The notes beneath the pieces are model-generated. The model ran no database searches, was not told where the DNA came from, and worked only from the letters and a program-made list of their open reading frames with translations. DNA of 64,000 bases from a virus, in the IMG/VR virus record IMGVR_UViG_3300030333_002703, positions 32,001 to 96,000 of that record; one strand, written 5' to 3'. Positions 37,951 through 47,328 of this stretch are shown here, piece after piece. The position numbers and the translations under genes were made by a program. Within the stretch, counting starts at the first letter, position 1, and each line of letters starts with the position of its first letter.

Positions 37951-39505
37951 TGTCCTCCCCCCGTCGCCCAATGATGTCATCAATCCGTAGGATTGCATTA
38001 GCAACTTCGGTTGCTGATAGAATGACTTGACGCACGACGGCCTTCGGTTCAATGACTCCTGCATCTGTGGCGTTAAGCAACTCACCTGTAGTGGCATCAA
38101 TACCCCACTCTGGCAAGACGATTTCCTCCACCAATAGTAGAGTATCTAATGCATTGTGACCAGCGTTCTCCGCAATGGTCACAGGGATGCAGTACAACGA
38201 TTCAGCGAATGCTTGAACCGCCAATCGTTCTCGCCCTCCGACCTTCTTTGAGCCACCCCGAATGGTCTTAGCCGCGTAGATGTATGGCGCACCAGCACCG
38301 GGTAGGCAATCGTCGTCACGGTATGCCAATGCGGTCACACCAATGGCGTCATCGAATGCACGTTCCAACTCATCTACGGTCTGGCGTGTAGCACCACGTA
38401 GTACCAGTGTGCTGACCCCATCGGCATTGTCATCATCAACCTCAACGGAGATGTATCTGATGTCACCAATGGTATGTTCAGTGACAACCGCCAAGAAGAG
38501 TTCTTTGGGGGCATCCCCTTCAGTCCATTGTGGTATGTCCTCTGTCATGTGATAGATGGGTTCGCCAGTCAGACGACTGATGGCTTCCATATCTGATTGA
38601 GGCACACGTGATACCACACCGATTCCCTCTTGGGCTAGTGTGTGAATGATTGCTTCATGCACACCATCACGACAGAACACATATCCAACACCCAGTTCGA
38701 CAAGTGCCTTTGCACGTTCCACTAGCATTCGTTGTTCAGCCATCTGAAACTGTTGAACCTCCGCCATTGACCCCAACTGCACACGCATTGAGTCATGCAT
38801 GGGTGGTGGTGTCAGACCTGTGTTGAGTAATACAATGGGTGCAGGTTTGCCATCGTATGCTGGCTTGATGGTTGAAGCAAACTCTTTGTTTAGAACAACG
38901 CCGTCGAACAATTTGCTGTCAGCGAATGTTCCACCGACTTGGCTAACCACCTTGATACGTGAGTCGTCACCATCAACCAGTTGGACTGCATCAACCACCA
39001 TCTGTGCAATGGTTGTCGCATCTTCTAGTTCGGCTGACTTACCACAGATGGCAGTCTGCGCCACCTTCAACAAGATTTCATCGGGACTGTATTCAATCTT
39101 CAATTCCCGACTATCGTTCAACGACTGCACGGCGGTGAGGGCTGCTTGACGATAGCCCTTGCATATCACATGGGGGTGAACCCCCTTCGCCAGTAGTCGT
39201 TCTGCGTTCTCTAACAGTTTGCCAGCGAGGACCACAACAGATGTTGTACCGTCCTTGCATTCCTGTTCTTGCGTCTTAGACATATCCACGACCATTCGTG
39301 CGCCCGGATGGGCCACGTCTAGTTCGCGTAGGATAGTCGCGCCGTCATTCGTGACGACGAAGTAACCCTGATTGTCTACGCTCATCTTATCCATACCATA
39401 TGGCCCGAGCGTCGAGCGAACTGTGTTCGCTATCGCTATCGCTGCCTTGATATTCAATTGCTGTGCTTTCTGTGTGTTGGTGTCTCTCCCTTCTCCCATT
39501 TCCAA
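37934..39505 (-). CDS. ths: Group II chaperonin (thermosome subunit)
   Basis: STLGPYGMDKM, VTNDGATIL, KDGTTS, LRGAT...ELERAFDDAI, LRIDDII; helical protrusion present. Confidence 0.95.
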   Translation of the reverse strand: MEMGEGRDTNTQKAQQLNIKAAIAIANTVRSTLGPYGMDKMSVDNQGYFVVTNDGATILRELDVAHPGARMVVDMSKTQEQECKDGTTSVVVLAGKLLENAERLLAKGVHPHVICKGYRQAALTAVQSLNDSRELKIEYSPDEILLKVAQTAICGKSAELEDATTIAQMVVDAVQLVDGDDSRIKVVSQVGGTFADSKLFDGVVLNKEFASTIKPAYDGKPAPIVLLNTGLTPPPMHDSMRVQLGSMAEVQQFQMAEQRMLVERAKALVELGVGYVFCRDGVHEAIIHTLAQEGIGVVSRVPQSDMEAISRLTGEPIYHMTEDIPQWTEGDAPKELFLAVVTEHTIGDIRYISVEVDDDNADGVSTLVLRGATRQTVDELERAFDDAIGVTALAYRDDDCLPGAGAPYIYAAKTIRGGSKKVGGRERLAVQAFAESLYCIPVTIAENAGHNALDTLLLVEEIVLPEWGIDATTGELLNATDAGVIEPKAVVRQVILSATEVANAILRIDDIIGRRGEDTGQPA

Positions 39506-40110
39506 TCAACCTCCATGTTGATAATGTCGCCCGTCCATCTTGAACGGGTCTTCACGAACCCATGTTCGCATCCGTGCGACCACAGGTCATAATTAAGCCT
39601 TGCGTCGTCTAAACAGTACTTCGCAACGCTCCCATAATTGCCCCGACGCCATTCCTGTGGTGCGTCAGAACTATCCATGAGTTTGCTTTCATCTAGTGTG
39701 TGTTTGCACACGTCACCCAATCTGACAAAGAACTGTGTGCCGATGTCAGTTGTCGCTTTGCGTAGATGGTTGGATGTATCTATGATACTATCCTTGTGCT
39801 TACGCAACACCTCTCCTGCCGCATGGCAATCGAGTCCATCACGTAGTACGGGAAGGTCGAACCGTAGTATGTTGTGACCTACGATAGCCCCTCCGTTCTG
39901 AATGTGTTGTAGTATGTGGTCGCCCACATCCCTTGGATGTAGTGGGCGCACATCAGCATCAATATCTATGTCGTGATTACAGAATACTGTGCTATCCTTT
40001 CCATCGTATGTGGCGACAACAGTTGGCTCAAACATATGGGTGTTACCCCATCCTCCTATGTCATAGGAGTAGTTTGATGTCTCAATATCCAATGCCATTA
40101 CGCCTGTCAT
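39454..40110 (-). CDS. DEDD-family 3'-5' exonuclease (RNase H-like)
   Basis: ALDIET, GHNILRFDLPVL, YCLDDARL; GGAGGT RBS before ATG 40110 (alternative start 40152). Confidence 0.85.
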   Translation of the reverse strand: MTGVMALDIETSNYSYDIGGWGNTHMFEPTVVATYDGKDSTVFCNHDIDIDADVRPLHPRDVGDHILQHIQNGGAIVGHNILRFDLPVLRDGLDCHAAGEVLRKHKDSIIDTSNHLRKATTDIGTQFFVRLGDVCKHTLDESKLMDSSDAPQEWRRGNYGSVAKYCLDDARLNYDLWSHGCEHGFVKTRSRWTGDIINMEVDWKWEKGETPTHRKHSN

Positions 40111-40148
40111 ACTAGTACCTCCGATACCTTGCCGGTAGTTGAGCCTTG

Positions 40149-41573
40149 TCATTCGTCTACCCATTGCACGAACTTGGATACACCCACCGCAGTTTCCTTG
40201 AAAAGTGACTTGGCATCACGGTAGTGTAGGAATTGTGTGTTGCGACTTAGCCCACCATTCTGCTTGGCATATGTCTCCAACAGGTCTGCCTTTCGCACCC
40301 AATCACCGGGTTTGTCACCCACCGATAGTTCAGGACACGCTGCGTATGCAGCCTTCCATGATGCTTGGCGTGACTGACGTGCTTTGGACACGTGTTCCAA
40401 TTCGACTTCGGACTCCAACCATGTAACCAGTTCTTCATACAAGTCATAGATAATCTCCGCCGCCATCTCAATGTGTTCGCCCTTGACTTCCCAACCGAAC
40501 TCAACCACTTCATCATCACTTTGTGTGTAGTCATCTAGCAATGACATATGTGTAGCCAGAATGATGGTGTAGTTGAGTAGATTGGGGATGAATGCACACA
40601 CAACGTCAGCCATTTGGGGGTCCATCATACGAACCAACTCATACATATGGTCCTTGTGTGAGTTCAGTAGTGGATAGAATGAATTGTCCACCGTGAACAT
40701 ATCATACATGGCATCCTGCACAATCTTCTCCTTCGGGTCAGTACCCAATTTAGCCCAGTCATTGCGCTCCATTTCGGCAATGCCTAGAACTCGGGCTTGT
40801 AGTGCCGCACGAACTGTTGAGAAATATGTAGCGAAGTCATCCAATGAGTACTCATATTCAGGAGGTCGCTTGAATGCTGTGTTCATACGCTCCTCGGATA
40901 CCTGTTCACGCCGTTCAATCGGCCAAGGTCTGATGAGTAGAAGAACACGTTGGAACACACCCTTCGTCAGTACCACTTCACGCACACCCTGTGGCGGGAA
41001 CGTGGTTAGCCAGAATGATACACGTGATTCAGTTTCAATGGAACCATCCTTCATGTGCTTGACCAGTGTGTTTGCTTTGGTTCCCACTGGGTTCATCGCT
41101 TGCTGTAGATACAATACGACTTCGCTAAGGTGTTGCTTCTTTGTTTCAAACAACAGACTACCCTCGTCAAAGTTCAATGCTTTCTTACCCGCAAGTAATC
41201 CTTCCTGTAGTTCCAACACCTGTTCTCCATCCTCTTCATACTTGTTCCATGAACCAATCAATGCTGCATCCGTTCCAGTGCTGAACATATCTTGTTTGAT
41301 ACCGAGGGTATCCAAGACCTCACCAGTGTGTTCCCATGCAATGGTCTTCCCAGACCGTGTTGGTTGAATCCAAAACAAATGTATGCGCGAATCTATATGC
41401 GAATTGTTAATCGGGATACGAAGGTAATCTACCGTCGCTTGTCCCTGCACATAGAAGAATGAAATCAATGCAGCCATCTCATTGTGATATGAAATGTCGC
41501 TGAACATATTGATGTATCCTTTCAGCAACGGAAACCGTTGCACCGCTTCGTAATTATCCCATTGTCGTGCCAT
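40149..41573 (-). CDS. MCM-like AAA+ ATPase, putative replicative helicase
   Basis: Walker A QPTRSGKT, TDAALIG, Walker B LNFDE, LQQAMN, GVFQR Arg finger. Confidence 0.7.
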   Translation of the reverse strand: MARQWDNYEAVQRFPLLKGYINMFSDISYHNEMAALISFFYVQGQATVDYLRIPINNSHIDSRIHLFWIQPTRSGKTIAWEHTGEVLDTLGIKQDMFSTGTDAALIGSWNKYEEDGEQVLELQEGLLAGKKALNFDEGSLLFETKKQHLSEVVLYLQQAMNPVGTKANTLVKHMKDGSIETESRVSFWLTTFPPQGVREVVLTKGVFQRVLLLIRPWPIERREQVSEERMNTAFKRPPEYEYSLDDFATYFSTVRAALQARVLGIAEMERNDWAKLGTDPKEKIVQDAMYDMFTVDNSFYPLLNSHKDHMYELVRMMDPQMADVVCAFIPNLLNYTIILATHMSLLDDYTQSDDEVVEFGWEVKGEHIEMAAEIIYDLYEELVTWLESEVELEHVSKARQSRQASWKAAYAACPELSVGDKPGDWVRKADLLETYAKQNGGLSRNTQFLHYRDAKSLFKETAVGVSKFVQWVDE

Positions 41574-41589
41574 GTTTTTACGCTCCAAT

Positions 41590-41620
41590 CATAAATTGTG
41601 AATTGTAAGGAGGATATAAA
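41590..41620 (-). promoter_or_regulatory. Conserved 31-bp viral promoter, copy A
   Basis: TTTATATCCTCCTTACAATTCACAATTTATG upstream of the MCM-like gene; matches copies B and C. Confidence 0.8.
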
Positions 41621-41659
41621 TGAATCAACCATACAATACAACAGGTGATACAACCAATA

Positions 41660-42364
41660 CTACACCCTCTTTGTGCGTTCAACACGCACTGGTTCTTCCG
41701 ATGTCAATACTTCTAACAAACGGTTACGCAGAACCTTACCCATACGCGGTACATTTTTCAATGCATCTGGGTGTAACATCTCTTCAATTGACCCGCATTC
41801 TTCTAGCAGGTTGTCTATCATTTCCGCACCGAATCCCGGTATCGCACGTAACATATCCATGCGTACATCATTGGTGGTCACACGGCGCACCGCGTGTGCG
41901 CTATGACGTGAAGCGGGTCGCACCAACTTGTCATGCAAACTGACAATGTAGGATGATGCTTCCAGCACATTGGTTGCTCGCACTACAGTGAACCCAAAGT
42001 CCGCTGTGATACGTGCGAGTGCGCTCATCACTTCACGAGAGATACGTGTGAATGTCATACGTGTGTTGGGGCTACGCCGCTTAAGTTTGCTGAAGTATGT
42101 GGCAACGTCACCCCATACGACAATAGCCGCACGTTCCACATTGGCATCCATGTTTTCCATCTGACGCCATAGATGACCAGACCTTGAACTTTCAATCAGG
42201 TCTGCAATGGTCTTGCATTCGACCACGCATCCACCTGCCAAGTAGTCACCCACGACAAGATGCTGTCGTTGAAATGACACAGGGGGTGAACGTGTTTCAC
42301 ATCTCTTTACGATGGCATCCACAAGAGGACCGCGCTCGTTACTATCAATCAATAAACTACTCAT
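41660..42364 (-). CDS. ERCC4/XPF structure-specific nuclease with HhH
   Basis: LIDSNE, VGDYL, ECKTIADL..S, GHLWRQM, IPGFG. Confidence 0.9.
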   Translation of the reverse strand: MSSLLIDSNERGPLVDAIVKRCETRSPPVSFQRQHLVVGDYLAGGCVVECKTIADLIESSRSGHLWRQMENMDANVERAAIVVWGDVATYFSKLKRRSPNTRMTFTRISREVMSALARITADFGFTVVRATNVLEASSYIVSLHDKLVRPASRHSAHAVRRVTTNDVRMDMLRAIPGFGAEMIDNLLEECGSIEEMLHPDALKNVPRMGKVLRNRLLEVLTSEEPVRVERTKRV

Positions 42365-42497
42365 ACCATAACCTCAATAAAAATACGATTGGGAATAGAA
42401 TGGCTAACACGCCTAACCAAAATACCAAACCAACACAGGTAACACCGAGTGTCACCCAGCCGGTCACAGTTCTTAGGTTGATTTTCTTCTCTCCCAT
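42357..42497 (-). CDS. 46-aa membrane microprotein (not in ORF track)
   Basis: MGEKKINLRTVTGWVTLGVTCVGLVFWLGVLAILFPIVFLLRLWYE fills the gap between MTase and ERCC4. Confidence 0.55.
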   Translation of the reverse strand: MGEKKINLRTVTGWVTLGVTCVGLVFWLGVLAILFPIVFLLRLWYE

Positions 42498-42509
42498 ACC
42501 CTGTCGGAA

Positions 42510-43946
42510 TCACCAATACTCCTTCAACTCTACTGCTGATTCACGGTACTTACTCACGGTCAGACCTGTGCGTTCTTGTTTCAAACGACGTTCCGATAGT
42601 TCAGCGTATTCAGGGTTGAGTTCTATGCCAATGTATGACCGCCCGTTCTCCAATGCCACAATCCCTGTCGTTCCAGACCCACTGAATGGGTCCACGATGA
42701 CCGATGGTTTGGTTGGGTGGTCGAGTAAGTCAAGGTCAGAAACATACACTTTGACAGTTTTGACCTTATCTTTGGTAAGGTTCTCGATGATGCGTTGTTT
42801 GACAGGGCCACCACCGTTTTCTTCTCGCCCGTCATACTTGGATTGTTGATTGACATACTCACCTTTCATGGTCGCTCCCCATTTTTGTTGGAGATGTTCA
42901 GCATTATCTTCAGATGTAGCGCGACCCGGTATGACAACCTCATGCTTCTCAATGGTCCCATGACATTCACAGTCTGGTGTGAATTGATTCTCCGGTTGGC
43001 GGCGAACCCAAGGCACACCACAGTCAGCACAACACGTGTGAGATGAACTCGCACGGATGATTGGTTCAATGAGATGCTTTGGATACACGGCGAAGTGTGC
43101 GCCGGGGAATGGTTGTGGATTGAAATGCCACACCGTTCTCATGTTGCGTAGTAAGCCACCTTCGGAATCATCATCTGCCATTGGCTCTGCATACGATTGG
43201 ATGTCATAGTAGTATCGTTTAGATTTACTGAAGTGGAAGAAGAACTCATGGCTACGTGTGCATCGGTCTTGCACAGGTTCAGGCATGGATACACCACCAC
43301 GATAATGTGGCCCACTGATTGACTTGGCCCATACAATATCGTTGCGAAGATACCAACCCGCTCTACGTGCCGCGAATGCAAACAACCAAGGCAATCCCAC
43401 CAAGTCCTTCTCCTTGTATCCATCGGGTAGAGATTTAGGTCTGAATTGACCGGCTTCATCACGATGCTTCTGCAATCCATATTGTTCTGGATTTGTCTTG
43501 GCGCTTCCTTTGCTCATGTATGAGTCACCAAGATTCACCCACAGTGTGCCAGATGGTTTGAGGATGCGTCGGCACTCCTCAAATATCTCCACCAGATGTT
43601 CAACGAAATGTTCGGGTGATTGTTCAAGACCTAGTTGCCCTTTCCATGCTCCACATTTGTTGCACGTTTCAAATGTGATGGGGTCGTCACGATTGTTAGC
43701 CCCTTGATTGCTGGCTTGTTTCTCGCTCTTACCATCGTCATTGCTACGACGTTGCCATGAGATGGGGTCATCCCAATCATGTTCGCATTCCTTATCTCCA
43801 CCGAATACTACAGGGTCAGTCTTGTAATCACGTAACCCCCAGTATGGTGGTGACGTTATCACTGTATCCACAGTTTCAGTTTCTATCTCACGCAACTTCT
43901 CAATCGCATGACCTATCTTAATTTCACAAGTTGTATCATCTCTCAT
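42510..43946 (-). CDS. Beta-class N4-cytosine/N6-adenine DNA methyltransferase
   Basis: TSPPYW before DPFSGSGTT; HFAVYP; GGAGGT RBS before ATG 43946. Confidence 0.93.
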   Translation of the reverse strand: MRDDTTCEIKIGHAIEKLREIETETVDTVITSPPYWGLRDYKTDPVVFGGDKECEHDWDDPISWQRRSNDDGKSEKQASNQGANNRDDPITFETCNKCGAWKGQLGLEQSPEHFVEHLVEIFEECRRILKPSGTLWVNLGDSYMSKGSAKTNPEQYGLQKHRDEAGQFRPKSLPDGYKEKDLVGLPWLFAFAARRAGWYLRNDIVWAKSISGPHYRGGVSMPEPVQDRCTRSHEFFFHFSKSKRYYYDIQSYAEPMADDDSEGGLLRNMRTVWHFNPQPFPGAHFAVYPKHLIEPIIRASSSHTCCADCGVPWVRRQPENQFTPDCECHGTIEKHEVVIPGRATSEDNAEHLQQKWGATMKGEYVNQQSKYDGREENGGGPVKQRIIENLTKDKVKTVKVYVSDLDLLDHPTKPSVIVDPFSGSGTTGIVALENGRSYIGIELNPEYAELSERRLKQERTGLTVSKYRESAVELKEYW

Positions 43947-45061
43947 TGTGTTACCTCCTTTTGCTCTGGGATTGTTCCAGTGCCATCCCAGAATTGGCAC
44001 TTACCTACGCAGTATCCACGATTGAATAGACTCGCACATGATGTGTGTTTATACGGTCCTTCAACTATGTGTTTCGTGTAGTTCCGTGTGATTTCAGGGT
44101 TGAAATCTACCCACTGAATGGTACGAATGAAGTCTGTAATCTGGTCGATGTGCTTCGGTGCTAATCCATTCACTGTTTGCGGTGGTCGGAAGTGGCGCAA
44201 CCGAGCAGCCAAGTATGCTACAAGATGATACCGTGCATCATGTGTAGGGTTGCTGCCCGTTCTACAAGACGACGCTTGTAGGCATGGAAGAACGGCGATG
44301 CCGTTCATGGTAAGAGTGGGAATGTTTTCGGTGTCATGGTTGAGCATACCATACAACGAATCTTCTAGGCTTATAGTTGTATCGAGATGACATCCGGTGG
44401 AACCGTAACTGAAGTATCCTGACCTGTGTGTTTGTGCAAGTTCTTGAATGTCCTCCCATTCTAACGTGGTCAATTCTTCAGTCGTCAATGGGATACTCCA
44501 CAGACCACGCTTGACATTGTATGAATTAGGAACGCGAATGAGAGATGCAAGGTCGAATGTAACGGTGGGGTCAATACATTGGAGTGACAGTTCGTTTGCC
44601 CATGACCTCACAAGACATCGACCCGCGCCCTTGAGAATAGAACTCATCTCGTATGTGCCAATTGTGTGTACACGGTCTAACTTGACCCACACATGGAACC
44701 CACCACCGGAGAACCAGATACCATGTTTGATGTCTTGTTCCAGTAGATAGTTGTGAAGGCGTCGAACCTCATTGAGTACCACAGTTGGTGGTACTTCCAC
44801 CATTGAACCACCCTGTATCATTTGGCAATCGAAGTCCAATACAAAGTGACGCACAATAGCAGTTTGATAATTCCCGCGTCGGTAGTTGGGTTCCTTGAGT
44901 TGTTGGAATCCGAACACACTCATGTATGCGTCAGATGCATTGCCTAGACTCGACCACCATTTGTTGAACTCATCCTTGTCGTGTACGACACGACGGAACA
45001 GATTGACTTCGCGGGGGAAGTCAAGAACTAGTAACGCTTTGCCACTTCCACTTGATTCCAT
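43943..45061 (-). CDS. Archaeo-eukaryotic primase, PriS fused to PriL-like Fe-S domain
   Basis: LDFD, FSGGGFHVW, D..SLIRVPNSYN; C-terminal LPCL...THDARY...SCASL..GYCVGKC. Confidence 0.88.
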   Translation of the reverse strand: MESSGSGKALLVLDFPREVNLFRRVVHDKDEFNKWWSSLGNASDAYMSVFGFQQLKEPNYRRGNYQTAIVRHFVLDFDCQMIQGGSMVEVPPTVVLNEVRRLHNYLLEQDIKHGIWFSGGGFHVWVKLDRVHTIGTYEMSSILKGAGRCLVRSWANELSLQCIDPTVTFDLASLIRVPNSYNVKRGLWSIPLTTEELTTLEWEDIQELAQTHRSGYFSYGSTGCHLDTTISLEDSLYGMLNHDTENIPTLTMNGIAVLPCLQASSCRTGSNPTHDARYHLVAYLAARLRHFRPPQTVNGLAPKHIDQITDFIRTIQWVDFNPEITRNYTKHIVEGPYKHTSCASLFNRGYCVGKCQFWDGTGTIPEQKEVTQ

Positions 45062-45288
45062 TTCTCAATCCACTCCATTAGTCGTTCTAATATCTCGTGT
45101 GCTTCTTCAGGGTCTTGTACATAAAGGGGGTCCACTACAAAACGAATCGAATTGCCATCGTGGATTGCATCAAACCCACGTGCTTTCTTTGCTGCCCCCA
45201 TATACACGGAGACCTCGGCGTTGAGAACCGAGCGTTGTAGTATCCATTCAACAGCCACTGTGAATGCGTTGACTTCTAATCCATTCAT
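45028..45288 (-). CDS. Hypothetical protein
   Basis: GGAGG RBS; overlaps both neighbours. Confidence 0.6.
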   Translation of the reverse strand: MNGLEVNAFTVAVEWILQRSVLNAEVSVYMGAAKKARGFDAIHDGNSIRFVVDPLYVQDPEEAHEILERLMEWIEKWNQVEVAKRY

Positions 45289-46202
45289 TCATTGACCTCC
45301 TTCCAGATTGGTTCGGCCCCATGTGATACCTCAATGGGGTTCTCATACGGTGTCCACTTTGGACAGAACTGCATGAAGTCACAATGACTACACTTGTATT
45401 CCTGATTGTCATTGACAACGGGGAAGTCCTGTTCAAGATATGACTTGACAAGACGAACGATACGTTTCTTCATGGCGGTGATGGTTCGCTTGGCCGCAGG
45501 TATTACATCCCAATGTTCTGCATTGGGGAACCGCCATGCCCACCATTTGACATCACCTAGGTTCACATCGGACTCATCGAGAAGGTATGTGTAGTATGCC
45601 ATCTCGCCCCTCATCTTGGGTGGCGTGTACTTGGGATTGAACTTCCCTGTTTTCAGTTCCATTAGAATCAAACCACCTGTATCATCCTTGAAGATGCGGT
45701 CGATGATACCACGTAGATGTACCTTGACGATACCATGTTCCGGCACATCAACTTCCACGATGGCATCAAGGTCTAACTCGTTACCAGTGGGTAGGAAATC
45801 CTCGGGTTCGTTACAATGTTTGAGTCGTGCGACATCATTGTGTATCATCCAGTCCTGTAGGACTTCCTCTTTATCTGCGTACTCGCCCTCGGCTTCGGGA
45901 TACATCTGCTTGAGCAAACTGTATGCCTTTTTCTCATCACCATCTTTGGCGGCTGCAATTGCCTGTTCCATACGTGGTGTGTCACACACTAGATTCTCAT
46001 AGAACTCTTCCTGTCGGTTGTGAACATTGTCACCAATCACAAGATAGTCACGTTCCAATGGCTCGGTGTGGCACACCTTACTCAACCACATCTGTTGACT
46101 ACACCAATTGGAGTATGTGTCTAGCGTGGACTTACTAATCCGAATCATCTTATCCGAATCAGGAGTCCATGTGTATGTCGATAACTTGTTCATCTCACCC
46201 AT
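45285..46202 (-). CDS. PD-(D/E)xK (RecB/Cas4-like) exonuclease with Fe-S Cys
   Basis: ISKS...WC, IGDNVH, LRGIIDRI, ELKTGK, CSHCDFMQFCP; track start 46229. Confidence 0.88.
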   Translation of the reverse strand: MGEMNKLSTYTWTPDSDKMIRISKSTLDTYSNWCSQQMWLSKVCHTEPLERDYLVIGDNVHNRQEEFYENLVCDTPRMEQAIAAAKDGDEKKAYSLLKQMYPEAEGEYADKEEVLQDWMIHNDVARLKHCNEPEDFLPTGNELDLDAIVEVDVPEHGIVKVHLRGIIDRIFKDDTGGLILMELKTGKFNPKYTPPKMRGEMAYYTYLLDESDVNLGDVKWWAWRFPNAEHWDVIPAAKRTITAMKKRIVRLVKSYLEQDFPVVNDNQEYKCSHCDFMQFCPKWTPYENPIEVSHGAEPIWKEVNE

Positions 46203-46206
46203 TGTA

Positions 46207-46539
46207 TCATCCCTGTTGGAAGTATCCACTTACGTCTACTTTGTATGGCCCACTGTGTTGTTGCTCATCTCCACCATGTTTTGTCACTGTGTATTGGTTG
46301 GGGTCTGTTTGTGGTTGTTCTACCACTGGTGGGGCTTGAGGAGTATTTGAATCGCGGGTGTCCCATTCGGTTTGTTCCTTCCCAAGATTTGCAGGTGGAG
46401 TCAGACTAGCCGGGTTCAATAGACCGTCAACGATTTGCTTGACCTTTTCCAATGCTTCTGATGTAATGGATAACGCCTCGCGTAGCCGCTCGTTCTCATC
46501 CTTCAATGCTTGTGCTTGCGCTATGAAATCACTGCTCAT
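46207..46539 (-). CDS. Coiled-coil hypothetical protein
   Basis: AGGAGG RBS; LKDENERLREAL. Confidence 0.65.
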   Translation of the reverse strand: MSSDFIAQAQALKDENERLREALSITSEALEKVKQIVDGLLNPASLTPPANLGKEQTEWDTRDSNTPQAPPVVEQPQTDPNQYTVTKHGGDEQQHSGPYKVDVSGYFQQG

Positions 46540-46715
46540 GATTCATCCTCCTTACAGTATGGACATCCAATGTGACGCATAGCACCCAGTGTATCTACTG
46601 TGTATTTGTAGCCACAACTATTGCACTCCATCCATCTGAAGTCCTCCTTGTATGCAGGTGCATAGCATTCACAGTCAGCACCACCACATCGTGTGCATAT
46701 CCTTTGAGCCATCAT
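46536..46715 (-). CDS. 59-aa Cys-rich Zn-binding microprotein (not in ORF track)
   Basis: MMAQRICTRCGGADCECY...ECNSCG...GCPYCKEDES; GAGGAGG RBS; ATGA overlaps at both ends. Confidence 0.75.
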   Translation of the reverse strand: MMAQRICTRCGGADCECYAPAYKEDFRWMECNSCGYKYTVDTLGAMRHIGCPYCKEDES

Positions 46716-46954
46716 CGTTCCTCCTCATGCGGTGACTTTGGCAACCATGTTTCTTCCATTGAGTCTAACTGTGCTACAATGTCAATCAATTTCTCAATGT
46801 AGACTACGGCATCCATTAGTTCTTCTTGTAGATGAACCAACCATTCCGATGGAGATAAGTCACGGCGTTCCATTGACTTACCATACTTGTGCCATCCTTT
46901 GTCAGCACGTGCCTGTATCTTACGGCACACATCATCCTCAATCTGACTCATCAT
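46712..46954 (-). CDS. MazG-like all-alpha NTP pyrophosphatase-family protein
   Basis: KYGKSMERRDL...WLVHLQEELMDAVVY (EExxD); track start 47074. Confidence 0.6.
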   Translation of the reverse strand: MMSQIEDDVCRKIQARADKGWHKYGKSMERRDLSPSEWLVHLQEELMDAVVYIEKLIDIVAQLDSMEETWLPKSPHEEER

Positions 46955-47117
46955 CAAGACCCCAGATATCTTCGCCACCACGTTTGACGTGCGCCCTACG
47001 CACCTTGTCTTTGAACCATTCCCAAATGGTTGTCTGTCGTGTTGGCTTCGGCTGTTCTTCTTCAAGGGGTTCAAATGTCATACCCCATTCTTCCAATGTT
47101 GTTTGTCTTGTTGTCAT
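46938..47117 (-). CDS. 59-aa microprotein with two PIP-box motifs
   Basis: RQTTLEEWG and RQTTIWEWF; GGAGGTG RBS before ATG 47117. Confidence 0.75.
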   Translation of the reverse strand: MTTRQTTLEEWGMTFEPLEEEQPKPTRQTTIWEWFKDKVRRAHVKRGGEDIWGLDDESD

Positions 47118-47323
47118 TCTTGCACCTCCAGTGCTATTGTGTGTTGGCACACCGGACATCGTAGAATGTCCTTGCGCCCTTCGACTGTCATAGACTCCGG
47201 GTCTGTGTCCAATCGAACTTCAAGGCAGTATGCACGTTGCCATGCATCACACGCATTGTTGTTTGCTCCTGTGGGTAGATGCCCATACGGAGTCTCGCTT
47301 AATTCTCTTGATTTATTACTCAT
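47114..47323 (-). CDS. Small Cys-containing protein
   Basis: C..W...C...RCPVC; GGTGA before ATG 47323. Confidence 0.6.
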   Translation of the reverse strand: MSNKSRELSETPYGHLPTGANNNACDAWQRAYCLEVRLDTDPESMTVEGRKDILRCPVCQHTIALEVQE

Positions 47324-47328
47324 AATTT

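Noticed and set aside
36843-39505. Host chromosome flank (provirus boundary) suggested by TFB and thermosome
   Set aside because: Genes are overlap-coupled to viral replication genes, appear to share the same site avoidance, and no integrase or att site is seen
40684-41367. 227-aa + strand ORF and similar ones (42184-42849, 48005-48712, 49876-50448)
   Set aside because: Antisense shadows of well-supported - strand genes
41620-41943. + strand ORF preceded by a perfect-looking AGGAGG
   Set aside because: The AGGAGG is the reverse complement of the conserved promoter; the ORF is antisense to ERCC4, and the other two copies lack an equivalent ATG
45285-46202. Cas4 as evidence of a CRISPR-Cas system
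   Set aside because: No repeat-spacer array or other cas genes seen; context is replication/recombination
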